A DNA stretch of 64,000 bases from Octopus vulgaris (GCA_951406725.2 OX597827.1:41416001-41480000); one strand, 5' to 3'. Shown: positions 43,534-57,843, counted from the first letter of the stretch. Notes: generated from the letters alone by a model not told the origin. A program made the numbers and translations.

Positions 43534-44314
43534 CATATATATATATGTATGTATATATGTTTATGAATGTATGTATGCATTCGTGTAAAGTCACGTTTAA
43601 TACTTATGATTGTTTCGGCCGTGATAAGACCTATCGCTGCAAGAATAGTACTAGGTAGAGAATTCTCCACGTAGACGTGCAGAAATACGCATTTTCTCTA
43701 GGACCTTGAGTGACGTCAGTAGATCGTAATATGCATGCGTCGCAGTGTCGTTCCACTTCGTCAGCAGCGAAAACTAAATCAGTCGTGTGTATGTGTGTAT
43801 GTGTGTCTGAGTGTGTATAACGCTTGTAGACATATTTTATAGATTTATTGTTTTCGCTAAGTAATATATTTGCTTTCTCTCCTTTTAACAGCTCCTCAGA
43901 AACTACTTTGCATCTATAAGCAGAGTAAAATTACTTCAGAGTATTTCATTGCTATTCAAAAATTCCTAATGAATTTGATTCGTAAAAGTTAGAAATGATT
44001 CCTAAGTGAAATGTGGCGTCAAAGAATTAAAGATAGACTGCGTTATCAAAGAAGCTTGTTATATGTTTGGTGGAAACATACGCACTCATAATTCGGCTTG
44101 GTAATCATATAGCAATAGCATGTAAGAACGCATAAACATTTACTAATGTAATAAGAAAAGAAATATAACCGATAAATAAACATAAAATGCAGAAAATAGA
44201 TAGCTAATTAAATCAATAATAAAAGATTATAATGAATTGGAGAACTGAAGGCATAAATAAGTCATGCAATCTAAGAATGATTCTTTGGCAGACACTCTCT
44301 TATGCATGCATACA

Positions 44315-44345
<31 letters not shown>

Positions 44346-44546
44346 CTTTATACACTAATATATATGCGAAAATACATATACGTATACAAATATATATATT
44401 TATATATATATACATATATATATATATATGTACGTATATACATACATACACATATTTATATATATATATATATATACATACACATACATTTAAAAACACA
44501 TGTAGACACGTTGATATATATATGTACGTATATACATACATACACA

Positions 44547-44599
<53 letters not shown>

Positions 44600-44691
44600 C
44601 AAATTTATATATATGTACGTGTGCACACACATATCCAGCAAGGTAAACGTATACGTTCAAACATAACGCTTATACTAAACCCAATATATGG

Positions 44692-45072
44692 AAGCTCTCC
44701 GTCGGTTACGACGACGAGGGTTCCGGTTGATCCGAATCAACGGAACAGCCTGCTCGTGAAATTAACGTGTAAGTGGCTGAGCACTCCACAGACACGTGTA
44801 CCCTTAACGTAGTTCTCGGGGATATTCAGCGTGACACAGAGAGTGACAAGGCCGGCCCTTTGAAATACAGGTACTACAGAAACAGGAAGTAAGAGTGAGA
44901 AAAAGTTGTGGTGAAAGAGTACAGCAGGGATCACCACCATCCCCTGCCGGAGCCTCATGGAGCTTTAGGTGTTTTCGCTCAATAAACACTCACAATGCCC
45001 GGTCTGGGAATCGAAACCGCGATCCTCTGACCGCGAGTCTGCTGCCCTAACCACTGGGCCACTGCGCCTCCA
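44692..45072 (-). mobile_element. tRNA-derived SINE (possibly octopus OR1/OR2-type; name from memory, unverified)
   Basis: Minus-strand A box TGGCCCAGTGG and B box GGTTTCGATTCC. The head is shared with 46720-47010. Confidence 0.88.
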
Positions 45073-45321
45073 CTAAAGCCAATATATACAGCCGCATACA
45101 AGCACGTGTTTGTGTACATATACATGTGTTCCTCCCTTCTGCCTTTCCCCCTCTCTCTTTCTGTGTCTCCACACATACACACCCACACACACACACACAA
45201 TGTATATGTACATTGATGTATGTAAACCCCTCTCTCTCTCTCTCTCTCTCTGTCTCACTGTCTGTCTCCACACACGCATACACAGAGACATAGGGACATA
45301 TATGGACATTAGTTTATGTAA

Positions 45322-45419
<98 letters not shown>

Positions 45420-46223
45420 GTATGTATGTATGTATGTATGTATGTATGTATGTATCTATCTATCTATCTATCTATCTATCTGTCTTAGATATACATATGT
45501 GCACAAGTGTATATGCACAAGTGTATATGCACACATATATGTGTACCCTCATGTACATACACACATACATACGTTCATACATACATATATACATACGTAC
45601 ATATACACACACAGATACATGCACAAACATGTGCACACCCATAGCTACACACAAATATGTATATACATACATACATACATACATACATACACACACACAC
45701 ATATATATATATACACACATACATAATACATATATATAAATATATATATATATATATATGCGCTCTTATTCACCCATCCATATATCTAAGCAAACATTTA
45801 TAGAACAACAAAACAAATAAAGGCATATTAAATACAATACAAAATAAGTCATCTATTCACTGGAAGTCTGGTAGCTTACAAAGTAAAAGTAAATGCTTGC
45901 TGGTAATTGGGATCAGCTCCACATCAAAAGGAGAAATAATCAGAAGAATGAGTATTTGTAAATTCAGTTAAAAAGCTTAATAGTGTTTATAACATAACGC
46001 GTATACAAGAGGGAAAAGTTCAAGCTGTAATATTTCATCTCAGAGAAATAACTCAAAGACACTTATGAATTGTAAACACGTTGCTTTGCTCAAAACACCG
46101 GTGGAACGCCAGACACGTTGTTTCGACTTCGTTTTGTCCCCTCAGTTATGGAAATCTCGGACGTTTCGAGCTAAGACGAATAATGATTGTTCAGTTATAG
46201 AAATCGGTAAACAGTAAGCTTAC

Positions 46224-46254
<31 letters not shown>

Positions 46255-46719
46255 TGTATGTATGTATGTATGTATGTATGTATGTATGTATGTATGTATG
46301 CATATATGTATGCACGTTTGTATGTACACACACACACACACACATAACAACCACGTGTATATATAAACAGACTTACATTTGGTTTTTAGGAGCGTCGAAT
46401 GTGTATCCGCACTATACAGACAAGAAAGTGATATTTCGAACGCAGTATCGGCGTTAAAACAGCAGAAAAATTGCGTTACCGTTGTGTATGTGTGTATGTG
46501 TGTATGTGTGTGCGTGCGCGCGTGTGTGTGTGTATGTGTGTTTGTGACTGTGCATGTCTGTGGATACATGCATCCGTTAGATAAAACAGAGGCTGTATTA
46601 GGTTAAAGATAGCTGTCGGTGTATCATAGTTAAAGTAAATATATTGCGAAAGACAACCTTAACTGTGGTATTCGTCCAGCGGTAAAAATACTCTTATGGA
46701 CACATGCTGTGTTAAAAAA

Positions 46720-47010
46720 GTGGAGGCGCAATGGCCCAGTGGTTAGGGCAGCGGACTCGTGATCGTAGGATCGCGGTTTCGATTCCTTGACCGGGCATTG
46801 TGAGTGTTTATTGAGCGAAAACACCCAAAGCTCCACGCGGCTCCGGCAGGGGGTAGCGGCGGTCCCTGCTGTACTCTTTCGCCACAACTTTCTCTCACAC
46901 TTTCTTCTGTTGGTCTGCTTTCTTAGCCAGCGGGATGGCGTCATCTGAAGGCTAAAATAATGCGATGTGTAGCAACATCTGATAGCCTGGTCGGTCACGG
47001 TGATCACGGT
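46720..47010 (+). mobile_element. tRNA-derived SINE with the same head/core as 44692-45072 and a different 3' tail
   Basis: GTGGAGGCGCAATGGCCCAGTGGTTAGGGCAGCGGACTCG..GGTTTCGATTCC. The sequences diverge after 'ctctcac'. Confidence 0.88.
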
Positions 47011-47310
47011 GGTATATATATATATATATATATACCACCAAGTAAGTTAGGGGCTGTGGATCCAACCCACTAAGGGATAATACTTATCCAATATACTGTT
47101 GGTATAATACCCAATTATTGATACACAAGTGTTTTTAATTGCAATGCAATATATTTACTTATTGTATTAAATAGGTGAAGGTAAGTAAATATTTTACCAT
47201 TAATTTATATTACAAATAAGAAAATGGAGAAGCACATTAGTTGGCGTTCGTCAGCTTTAGGATATTAAATTGTTGACTTCTTTATTTATCAAAACGACAA
47301 CCATAATAAC

Positions 47311-47491
<181 letters not shown>

Positions 47492-47878
47492 TATATATAT
47501 ACAGACAATGTATGTACATGCAAACAGCCTGAAAGTTGATTGTATCTCAACCTCTACTTATATTCTCATGCAAGCTTGTTTGTTCCTTTCAGGTATATCT
47601 TCCTTCCAGGAATTATTGGTACCAATAAATCTTTTGCCATATACTTGTTGTTTTCGACTTAGAAGAGCCGACCTCGTTCTGTGATTATTCCACTTTTAGT
47701 TAAATCCAATAACATAACAGCTTTCTGTTTGTTCCGCGTGGCGTGGAGTAGAAGAAAACTGGGGAAGAGAGCGGACAAGGAAAAGGTAGAGGAGATAAGA
47801 TATAGAGAGAGACAATTGGGGGTGGGGGTGAAGAGAGAGAGGGACAGGGTAGGGGTGAAAGAGATAGATAGATAGACG

Positions 47879-47924
<46 letters not shown>

Positions 47925-48349
47925 GAGGGAGGAATGTTTAGATAAAAGGATTGAAGCATGAGGTAAGTGAGGGGAGAGGAGGTGAGAGCAGCCATGTTCT
48001 GCGAATGGCTCGGAAACATGGTTGTTAGAAAGTTAGTAAAGATGAATGACTAAATAGCTAGATAAACACATACATGCATGGATGGACAATATTTTTGTAT
48101 GTGTGCATGTGTGTGGCTGTGTATATCGTCTGCCTTCGATGTGTGTATAAATATATATACATATACATAGAAAATCACACTCATGTGTATATACATATAT
48201 ACATTCATACACACATACATATGTATATATACGCACATGTGTGCGCGTGTGAGGGTTATTTGTATCTCCATGCATATATGTTTGTGCGCGCGCGCGTATA
48301 TTATTATGGAAAGGTTGATAAATAAGCATATACTCTCATACGCACACAC

Positions 48350-48444
<95 letters not shown>

Positions 48445-48448
<4 letters not shown>

Positions 48449-48673
48449 TTGGTTATATCTCTGTATTTTCATATATATTTATATATGCATGTATGTATGC
48501 ATACATACGTAAACACACTCCTCCATATATATATATATATATGTATGTATATATACATACATATATATATATATATACACACACATATATGCATATATAC
48601 TTATACATATATACGTATGTCTCGGTGTGCGTGCGCACGCTTGGATGTGTGCGTGAGTAGTTGCGTATGTGTG

Positions 48674-48763
<90 letters not shown>

Positions 48764-48765
48764 CA

Positions 48766-48796
<31 letters not shown>

Positions 48797-48901
48797 GTAT
48801 ATATATATATATTCACACATACGCAACTACTCACGCACACATCCAAGCGTGCACACGCACACCGAGACATACGTATATATGTATAAGTATATATGCATAT
48901 A

Positions 48902-48940
<39 letters not shown>

Positions 48941-49040
48941 ATATACATACATATATATATATATGGAGGAGTGAGTTTACGTATGTATGCATACATGCAT
49001 GCATATATAAATATATATGAAAATACAGAGATATAACTAA

Positions 49041-49043
<3 letters not shown>
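48445..49043. repeat. ~600-bp quasi-palindrome (arms ~235 bp, AT-repeat centre)
   Basis: 48445-48680 is the reverse complement of 48808-49043 apart from a few substitutions and repeat-length differences. Confidence 0.92.
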
Positions 49044-49131
<88 letters not shown>

Positions 49132-49132
49132 C

Positions 49133-49230
<98 letters not shown>

Positions 49231-49799
49231 ATATATATATATGCAATTACATATATGAATTTATGCATATAAAAATGCACGCATACACATATACACGTAT
49301 GTATTTTCACACGCATACGTATATACATACCTGCACACACACACACACTCAAACACACACATTACCATGTGTATGCAAGCTTCCACTCACTGTACTTATG
49401 ATAATATAAAATAAGACTAGTTTTCCGAGATTTTAGGCTTCATGCTAGACAAAGCATTTATCCCTTATATATGTTTCGAATAGACGTTTTCTTGCAGAAA
49501 AACGTATTGAGTGCACATATTTTGGTTCATGCCTGATGAGATTCGTTTCAGCAGCGAACATTATGCGTTCAAATTTCTTGAAAGTCAACTTTGATTTTAT
49601 CTTTTCGTGGTCTGTAAAGTACTCGGGCCGATGGGTTTGCCTAATCCTCCCCCATCGCACTTTCTGGTGTGTGCCAAAATTTGAAGCAAAAGCAGTGAGC
49701 TGTCCCACGATTATTGCATATTCTGAGCCTGAACCGTAATATTCTCTATTTGTAGTTCAGTAGTGGTGGCCAAATCACTGCTCGTCAAATCCTCTCGAC

Positions 49800-50134
49800 T
49801 TCCAACTTAACTTCTCGCTTTTGCTCCATAATCAGAAAGTGGATCGTCCTGTTGCCTCTCCCATCCTGTGCACAGCTGTTTTTATCTCTCTTCCTTTTAT
49901 TTCAGTGAATCTTCTACAGCCAACTTAGGAATAAATATGACTATCATCCCTTCTTGCAATCCTACAAAAGGGTTTGGCATATGGCACGCTTTCATTCAAG
50001 CGCGTGGTTGCATCTCTCCTAGGCTCCATTAAAACGATCTTCTTTTCTTTCTAGGAATAGGTAACTAAGTCTAACCTTAGGGTTTTCTGGCCGATCTGAG
50101 GAAACCGCAGTCTTTTCCCTAGGTCACTTGTAGC
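49800..50134 (-). pseudogene. Decayed restriction-like endonuclease domain of a HERO/NeSL-like non-LTR retrotransposon
   Basis: Frameshifted translation DLGKRLRFPQIGQKTLRLDLVTYS*KEKKIVLME..ERCNHALE*KRA..DCKKG*..VGCRRF..MGEATGRSTF*LWSK. Confidence 0.75.
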
Positions 50135-50231
50135 TATGAAAGAGAGAAAAAAGGACTCAGCACATACTGTAGAGCAGAAAAGAATTATTTTATTCCGCAG
50201 CCGTTATGCACGGATCTCTCTCTTTCTCTCT

Positions 50232-50530
<299 letters not shown>

Positions 50531-50681
50531 ATATATATATATACGGAGATGTACTTGCATAGCAAGGGACCTGATCTGAGATTGTGTGCTGAAACAAAAA
50601 TAACTGCAACGTGGAAGGCGTTTATAAACCATTTAAAAACACATAAAAACCGTTAGATTCACTTCACGTGATGCAGCACGG

Positions 50682-50737
50682 AATTTTGTCAGTGAACAGG
50701 TCGCGATTTCTAAACGACGAAAATATTTTGACAAATT
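50682..50737 (+). ncRNA. Hammerhead-like motif, G3-C8 core variant, between inverted arms
   Basis: Stem I TTTGTCA/TGACAAA; core GTGAACA (50692-50698) plus G; stem II GTCG/CGAC; GAAA-ATAT-TT. Arms at about 50605-50666 and 50750-50797. Confidence 0.55.
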
Positions 50738-50980
50738 AAATTTAAATGTTGAAGTGAATCTAACGGTTTTTGTATGTTAAACACCTTCCACGCTGCAAAT
50801 GTATATACATATGTAATTTCGGTTAAACTAGCGGAAAGCGCTTACACAAAATTTTCCTGTATCAGATCTGTGTTAATTTGTTTTTTTTTTAACCTTAAAA
50901 AATATATAATCATTAATTTCAGAAAATCTTTCTTGAAATATTTTAATGTTATCAGAGAATTTTCTAAAACTTTATGTATT

Positions 50981-51212
50981 CTTCTACTTGTTTCACTCAT
51001 TTGGCTGTGGCCATGCTGGACAACCACCTTAAAGTGTTTCAGTCGAAGGGATCCACCCCAGGACTTATTCTTTGTAAGTTTAGTACTTATTTTATAAGTG
51101 TATTTTGCCGAATCCCTAAGTTACGGGAACATAAACACACTAACATCGGTTGTCATGCAATGGTGGAGGGGGACAAACATAGACACAAAAACCCACACAT
51201 AAAGATATACGT

Positions 51213-51285
<73 letters not shown>

Positions 51286-51642
51286 TTTATTTAAAAGCAG
51301 CAGAAATTTAACAAAAGCTGTTTTGTTAAAAAACTGTCCGACGAACGGGAACGTGAAACTCCGAGTAACAGCTTTTGTTAAATTTTTGCTGCTTTTAAAT
51401 AAAGCATATTACTCTACGTCTGGTATTTGAGTACTCTTTTTTCCACCTTGTTTCACATTTATGTGTTTACTCCTGTATATATACGACGGACTTCTTTTAA
51501 TTTCCGTCTACCAAATCCACTTACAAGGCTTTGATCGGCCCAAGGCTATAGTAGAAGACACTCACCCAAGGTGCCACGCAGTGAGATCGAACTCGGAAGC
51601 ACGTGGTTGGGAAGCAAGCTTCTTATCACACAGCCATGCCTA
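50981..51642 (-). mobile_element. SINE family A interrupted within its (TA)n by an HHR-bearing element (51285-51478)
   Basis: SINE halves at 50981-51190 and 51478-51642. Confidence 0.8.
51334..51371 (+). ncRNA. Type I hammerhead-like motif, U4C variant
   Basis: CTGT-CCGACGA-ACG GGAA CGT-GAAAC-T CCG A-GTA-ACAG. Confidence 0.65.
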
Positions 51643-51672
51643 CGTCTATATATATATATATATATATCCTCT

Positions 51673-52020
51673 CTTTACTCTTTTACTTGTTTCAGTCATT
51701 TGACTGCGGCCATGCTGGAGCACCGCCTTTAGTCGAGCAAATCGATCCCAGGACTTATTCTTTGTAAGCCTACTACTTATTCTATCGGTCTCTTTTGCCG
51801 AACCGCTAAGTTACGGGGACGTAAACACACCAGCATCGGTGGTCAAGCGATGTTGGGGGGACAAACACAGAAATACAAACACACACACATTCACACATAC
51901 ATACATATATACATATATACGACGGGCTTCTTTCAGTTTCCGTCTACCAAATCGACTCACAAGGCTTTGGTCGGTCCGAGGCTATAGTAGAAGACACTTG
52001 CCCAGGGTGTCACGCAGTGG
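51673..52020 (-). mobile_element. SINE family A, head truncated
   Basis: Homology to other copies. Confidence 0.88.
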
Positions 52021-52044
52021 TAGTGAACTTGATTGCGTTTCTAC

Positions 52045-52220
<176 letters not shown>

Positions 52221-52726
52221 GACATGGGGTATATATTACCCATCATGACTACCCGTCTGATAAAGGTACACCAGGCACATGCATCACAACCATATGTGCG
52301 CGACATGGTGATCTCATATCAAGATAAACAGCACATGACCTTGCAGGTGGGGCCCAGTTAGAATTTTCTTCAGGTTCAGTAGCCCATCCCGCTCAAACGG
52401 TCCCTGAATAAGGGTTGCTTAAGGATGTTGAAAGAACCACCCATGTTTCCAGAGGTGAACTATTCAAACCCCAAAGAATCCCTCTCAACACATGACTATG
52501 ATGCTCCCCCACTACTTCTGCTCGTGATCAGAGATGCACATATCGTCAGCCACTAAGGGATATGCTCAACTGGTTAAGGTCAAACAACTGACAAGCAAAT
52601 CTGTGGTATTGAGCAGAATATTTGCTGTAGCCCATCTTTTATACCAAGACAAACCAATGTACATGATAACACTTCCAATCAGTTAAGATCAGAAGCCATG
52701 AGAGCCACTGCCTGGTACTGCATCAG
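52221..52726. mobile_element. Unclassified ~506-bp insertion within a (TTA)n tract
   Basis: Complex, higher-GC sequence with sharp borders and (TTA)n on both sides. No credible ORF. Confidence 0.5.
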
Positions 52727-52755
52727 ATTATTATTATTATTGTTATTATTATTAC

Positions 52756-52798
<43 letters not shown>

Positions 52799-53367
52799 TC
52801 CACGACATGCTCGTCTCTTCTTTCAAGGTATTGCAGCTATCTACAACACCTTCTACCAAAATGCAATGTTATCGGATATGAAGAAGAACCGACCTCTTTT
52901 TCGTGATTAATACAGACCCAGGTGACTGTAATAACATAACAGCTTTCTGTTCATTCGGTGTTGAGTAGAAAGAAAGAAGAAAGACGCGCAAAGGAAGAGG
53001 AAGTGAACGCAGTGAAGGTAATCAGAACTGGATGAGCAACGAGGAGGTGCATAAGGTGAGAGGAGTGGGCGGAGTAGGAGAAGATGAAGTGGAGAGCGAA
53101 CGCTTTGAAGCTTGTGGGGGAGTGGCAGCGGCGGAGGCGGCAGCGGTGGTGGTGGTGGTGGTGGTGGTGGAAGCAGTGCTTTCGGAATGGTTCGGAAACA
53201 AGGTTGTTAGAAAGTTTGTAGAGATGAATGACTAAATAGCAAGATAAATACATTCGCGCATGAATGGACAATAATTTCATGAATGTATGCATTTGTGAGT
53301 GCATGTATGTGCATTGTATGTATGTATGTATGTATGTATGTATGTATGTATGCATGCATGTATGTAG

Positions 53368-53449
<82 letters not shown>

Positions 53450-53666
53450 GTGCACACGCACATAGACACATGCGCATACGTATAAATACATACGTACATG
53501 CATCACACACATATATATTAATACATAAACATATACATGCATACATACATACATACATATATATATATACACACTCTGACAAACGTACACGCGTGTTTAT
53601 ACGCACACGTGCACAGCACACGCGAGTACACCTCTGTATGTATCATCATCTGTATGTCTACATACC

Positions 53667-53789
<123 letters not shown>

Positions 53790-53884
53790 TACCTCATAGA
53801 AACACCATTCAAGAAGTTTGGGGAGTGAATTAATGGAATTTAGATGTCACGGGAAAATTATTCCAAAGAATGTAACTACACAAT

Positions 53885-54230
53885 CAGCAATAGTAGTAGT
53901 AGTAGCAGGATTAGAGGTAGTGGCAGTGGTTGTAGTAGGACCAGTTATAGTAGTGGTAACAGTAGTCGTAGTAATCGTAGTAGCAGAGATAGTGGTAGTG
54001 GTTGTAGTTGTAGTCGAAGTAGCAGTAGTAGAGCTAGTAATAGTTATAGTAACAGCAGTAGTAGTGGTAGTAGTAGTGGTAGTAGTAGTAACAGTAGTAA
54101 TAGGGGTGGTGGGGGTAGCAGTAGTGGTAGAGGTAGTAGTAGTGGTCGTTGTAGAAGTGGTTGGTAGTAGATGCCATAAGCAGTTGTAGGATAGTAGTAC
54201 TGGTAGCAGTAGTAACAGTAGTCGTAGTAA

Positions 54231-54299
<69 letters not shown>

Positions 54300-54630
54300 C
54301 AGCAGTTTAATAGTGGTGAATGATGGTGATGTATTGGTGGTAGCATTGGGTGTAGTAGTGACGGTTGTTGAATAAGTAGTACAGGTGTTGGTTATAGGTG
54401 ATGTCATTAAGGTGAGGTGTGCACCACACCTGTAGATGATAATTATATAAGTGGAACGGTGTACAGGGTGCATAGAGAAACTGGATGTGTAGAAATGGGT
54501 GGGGGTATATAATCAATCAACAACATCAAACGCTAGAAATCAGATGGTAATGTTGATGTTGTTGCTGATGACGATGATGGTGATGATGACTATGATGAGG
54601 AGGACGACGACGACGATGATGATGATGATA

Positions 54631-54681
<51 letters not shown>

Positions 54682-55611
54682 GCTACAATGATCAGGACGA
54701 TGGTGATGGCGTTGGTGCTGGTAATGATGAGGATGATGATGAAGAAGTAGAAGACGAAGAGGAGGAAGAAGATTATGATGATGATGATGATGAGCAGGAG
54801 GACGAATGGGGATGGTGGTGATCTTGATGGTGGTGATGGTGGGCCAGTGGTGCATGTGGCTCTTTTGGTGGTGGCGCGAGAAGGGTCGGTGTTGGCTATG
54901 GTGGATGGTGGATGGCGTTAATGGTGATGCTGCTTTGGCTGCTACTGCTGCTGCCGCTGACGATGATAGCGTTGGTGGTGGTGTGGAAGATGGTGAGAGT
55001 GGTGGCGTTGGTGGTGCTGGTGGTATTGGTGATACTGGGGATGATGATGGTAGTAGGGATCATGGCAACGATGATGATGATGGCGACAACGACGACGACG
55101 ATGATGATGATAATGATGACGACGACGATGATGACGATGATGATGACGACGACGACGATGATGATGATGATGACGACGATGACGACGACGATGATGACGA
55201 CGACGACGACGATGATAATGATGATGACGACGACAACGACTACGGTGATGATGACGACGACGACGATTACGGTGATGACGACGACGAGGAGAGTGATAAT
55301 GAAGATGATGATGACGATGATGATGATGATGATGATGATGACGATGAGAGTGATAATGAAGATGATGATGATGGTGATGATGATGATGATGATGATGATG
55401 ACGATGACAATGATAATGACGATGATGATGATGACAATGACGATGATGATGATGCTGATGATGATGATGATAATGATGATGATGATGATGATATTGCTGA
55501 TGCTGGTACCATGATACCACAAACTAATGCTTCTGCTGCTACTACCACAATCAGAAGAACAAGAACAAACAATAAAAACTACTAGAAACAACAACAACAA
55601 CAACAACAACA

Positions 55612-55658
<47 letters not shown>

Positions 55659-55760
55659 AACTACTACTACTACTATAATGATGGCATTAATACTACTAAT
55701 AACAACGGTAACTACAATGGCAATATTAATATAAACAATAATGATAAATAACAGCAATAA
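53885..55760 (+). repeat. Low-complexity trinucleotide block (GTA, GAT, GAC, CAA, CTA)
   Basis: Directly visible; explains the poly-Asp/Met/His ORFs. Confidence 0.9.
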
Positions 55761-56009
55761 ACACAACATTAATAACAACAATAAAATGATAAAAATAACC
55801 CCACGAAAGACAAAAAAACAACAACAACAACAAAAAAAAACAATAACAGGAAACTATCAACAAGAACAAGAGCAACAACAATTACAAGAACAACGAACAA
55901 AATAAATAAATTTGTTGTACCCATTATGTCTTTATTGTAAAGAATGTGAATGAGGAAATCGATAAAAATATATGGGAAGAACGTGAGCAATAGGGGCTAG
56001 GGGGAGGGG

Positions 56010-56067
<58 letters not shown>

Positions 56068-56560
56068 GTTTGTGTGTGTGTGATTACTCACGCACATTTA
56101 TAACTATACTTATATGTATATGAGTATGTGTATATACATGTATACATATGTACATACACACACACACATATATATATATATGCCTGCACATATAAACACA
56201 CACACATACAGACGTGCGCACACACATAGAGATACATACACACACACATATATATATAAACACATGCATATATGTATAGTTATGTACACATGTATATATA
56301 TGTCTGTGTGTGTATATATATGTATACGTACATACATACATACATATATACATACATATATACATACATATATAAGTGTTTGTACATACACTGATAGGCA
56401 TACAAAAGTTTATGTGTGCGTGTGTATGTGTGTATGTGTGTGTATGTGTGTGTATGTGTGTGTGTGTGTATATATATATATATACACACACATATATAGA
56501 TAAGTATATATATGTAAATACATACATACTAAATATATGTACATACATATATACTTAGAA

Positions 56561-56637
<77 letters not shown>

Positions 56638-57540
56638 TAAATATATATGTATGTGTGTGTGTATTTATATATGTATACACACACACATACATTTATACAT
56701 ATACACATATATTCATAATTATATGCACACGCGTACACATATTTTCCGCGAAAATGAGGCATGACAAATAGCTCAGAATGGTCAGTGGCTTTAATTTGGA
56801 CAACAAAGATATTAAATACCACGCAGAAAAACTTATGATTTATTGAAAACGTCTTCGCTTCGGTGGCAATTACAACGGACACAGAATACAAAAGGGGAGA
56901 TAATCTTGAGTGTCGTCTGTTATCTTCGGTTGACATATCATTGTATGGTTCTTCTTTATAGAGACACGAGTTCAGCCGTGGGTACGAGTACCTTCCTCAA
57001 TAATCGTTACCAGCACAGCGGTTGTCTTGGCTGACTTCTGCAGAGAACATATACAAAAATGGTAGAACACATTTATGTCGAGTAATTGTGAAATTAAAAA
57101 CGAAAATAAAAATAGATAAATAAGGGAATGTGTATATGAAAAATAAAAACTAAAAAATGAAAAGGATATTTTTTTATCCTCAAATAAATAGAGAGAAAAG
57201 ACGTAGAAAGAAGATTCCAGCAATTAGGAAAATTGACAATTACCATTCAATTTAAATGTGCATTATCTCTAAACTATTGGACATGGAAGGTGTGCGGATG
57301 TGATTATATCCATTTGCTCACAGGATTAACTATAGGTTTTGTTGTAAAAATGTTTACACAAGCGCAGACATGGTTGTATGGTTAGAACTTTGTTTCCCAA
57401 CCACATAGTTCCGGTTTCAGCCCCACCACTGGCACTTTGGGCAAGTGTCTTCTACTATAACCTCGGGTCGAGCAATAACTTGTGAGTGGATTTCGTAGAC
57501 AGAAACTGAAAGAAGCTCGTCGTATGTATATATACCCTTT

Positions 57541-57750
57541 AGTCTTTACTCTTTTACCTGTTTCAGTCATTTGACTGTAGCCATGCTGGAGCACCGCCTT
57601 TAGTCGAGCAAATCGGCCCCAGGACTTATTCTTTGTATGCCTAGTACTTATTCTATCGGACTCATTTTCCGAACCGCTATGTTACGAGGACGTAAACAGA
57701 CCACTATCGGTTGTCAAGCGATGTTGGGGGGGGGGCAAACACAGACACAT

Positions 57751-57843
<93 letters not shown>

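Noticed and set aside
46110-46200. Tandem HHR-like pair on the minus strand (CTGAACA..GAAACGTC and CTGAGGG-GAC..GTC-GAAACAACGTGTC)
   Set aside because: Cores break the 3-8 pair or A9, and stem I cannot be formed convincingly. At best decayed remnants.
46720-46795. tRNA gene (also 44998-45072)
   Set aside because: A and B boxes are present, but the sequence continues into a shared SINE body, so these are SINE heads.
54806-55585. 259-aa Asp-rich ORF resembling acidic biomineralisation proteins
   Set aside because: Lies in a larger GAT/GAC/GTA repeat block that is open in several frames on both strands. No convincing signal peptide or splice context.
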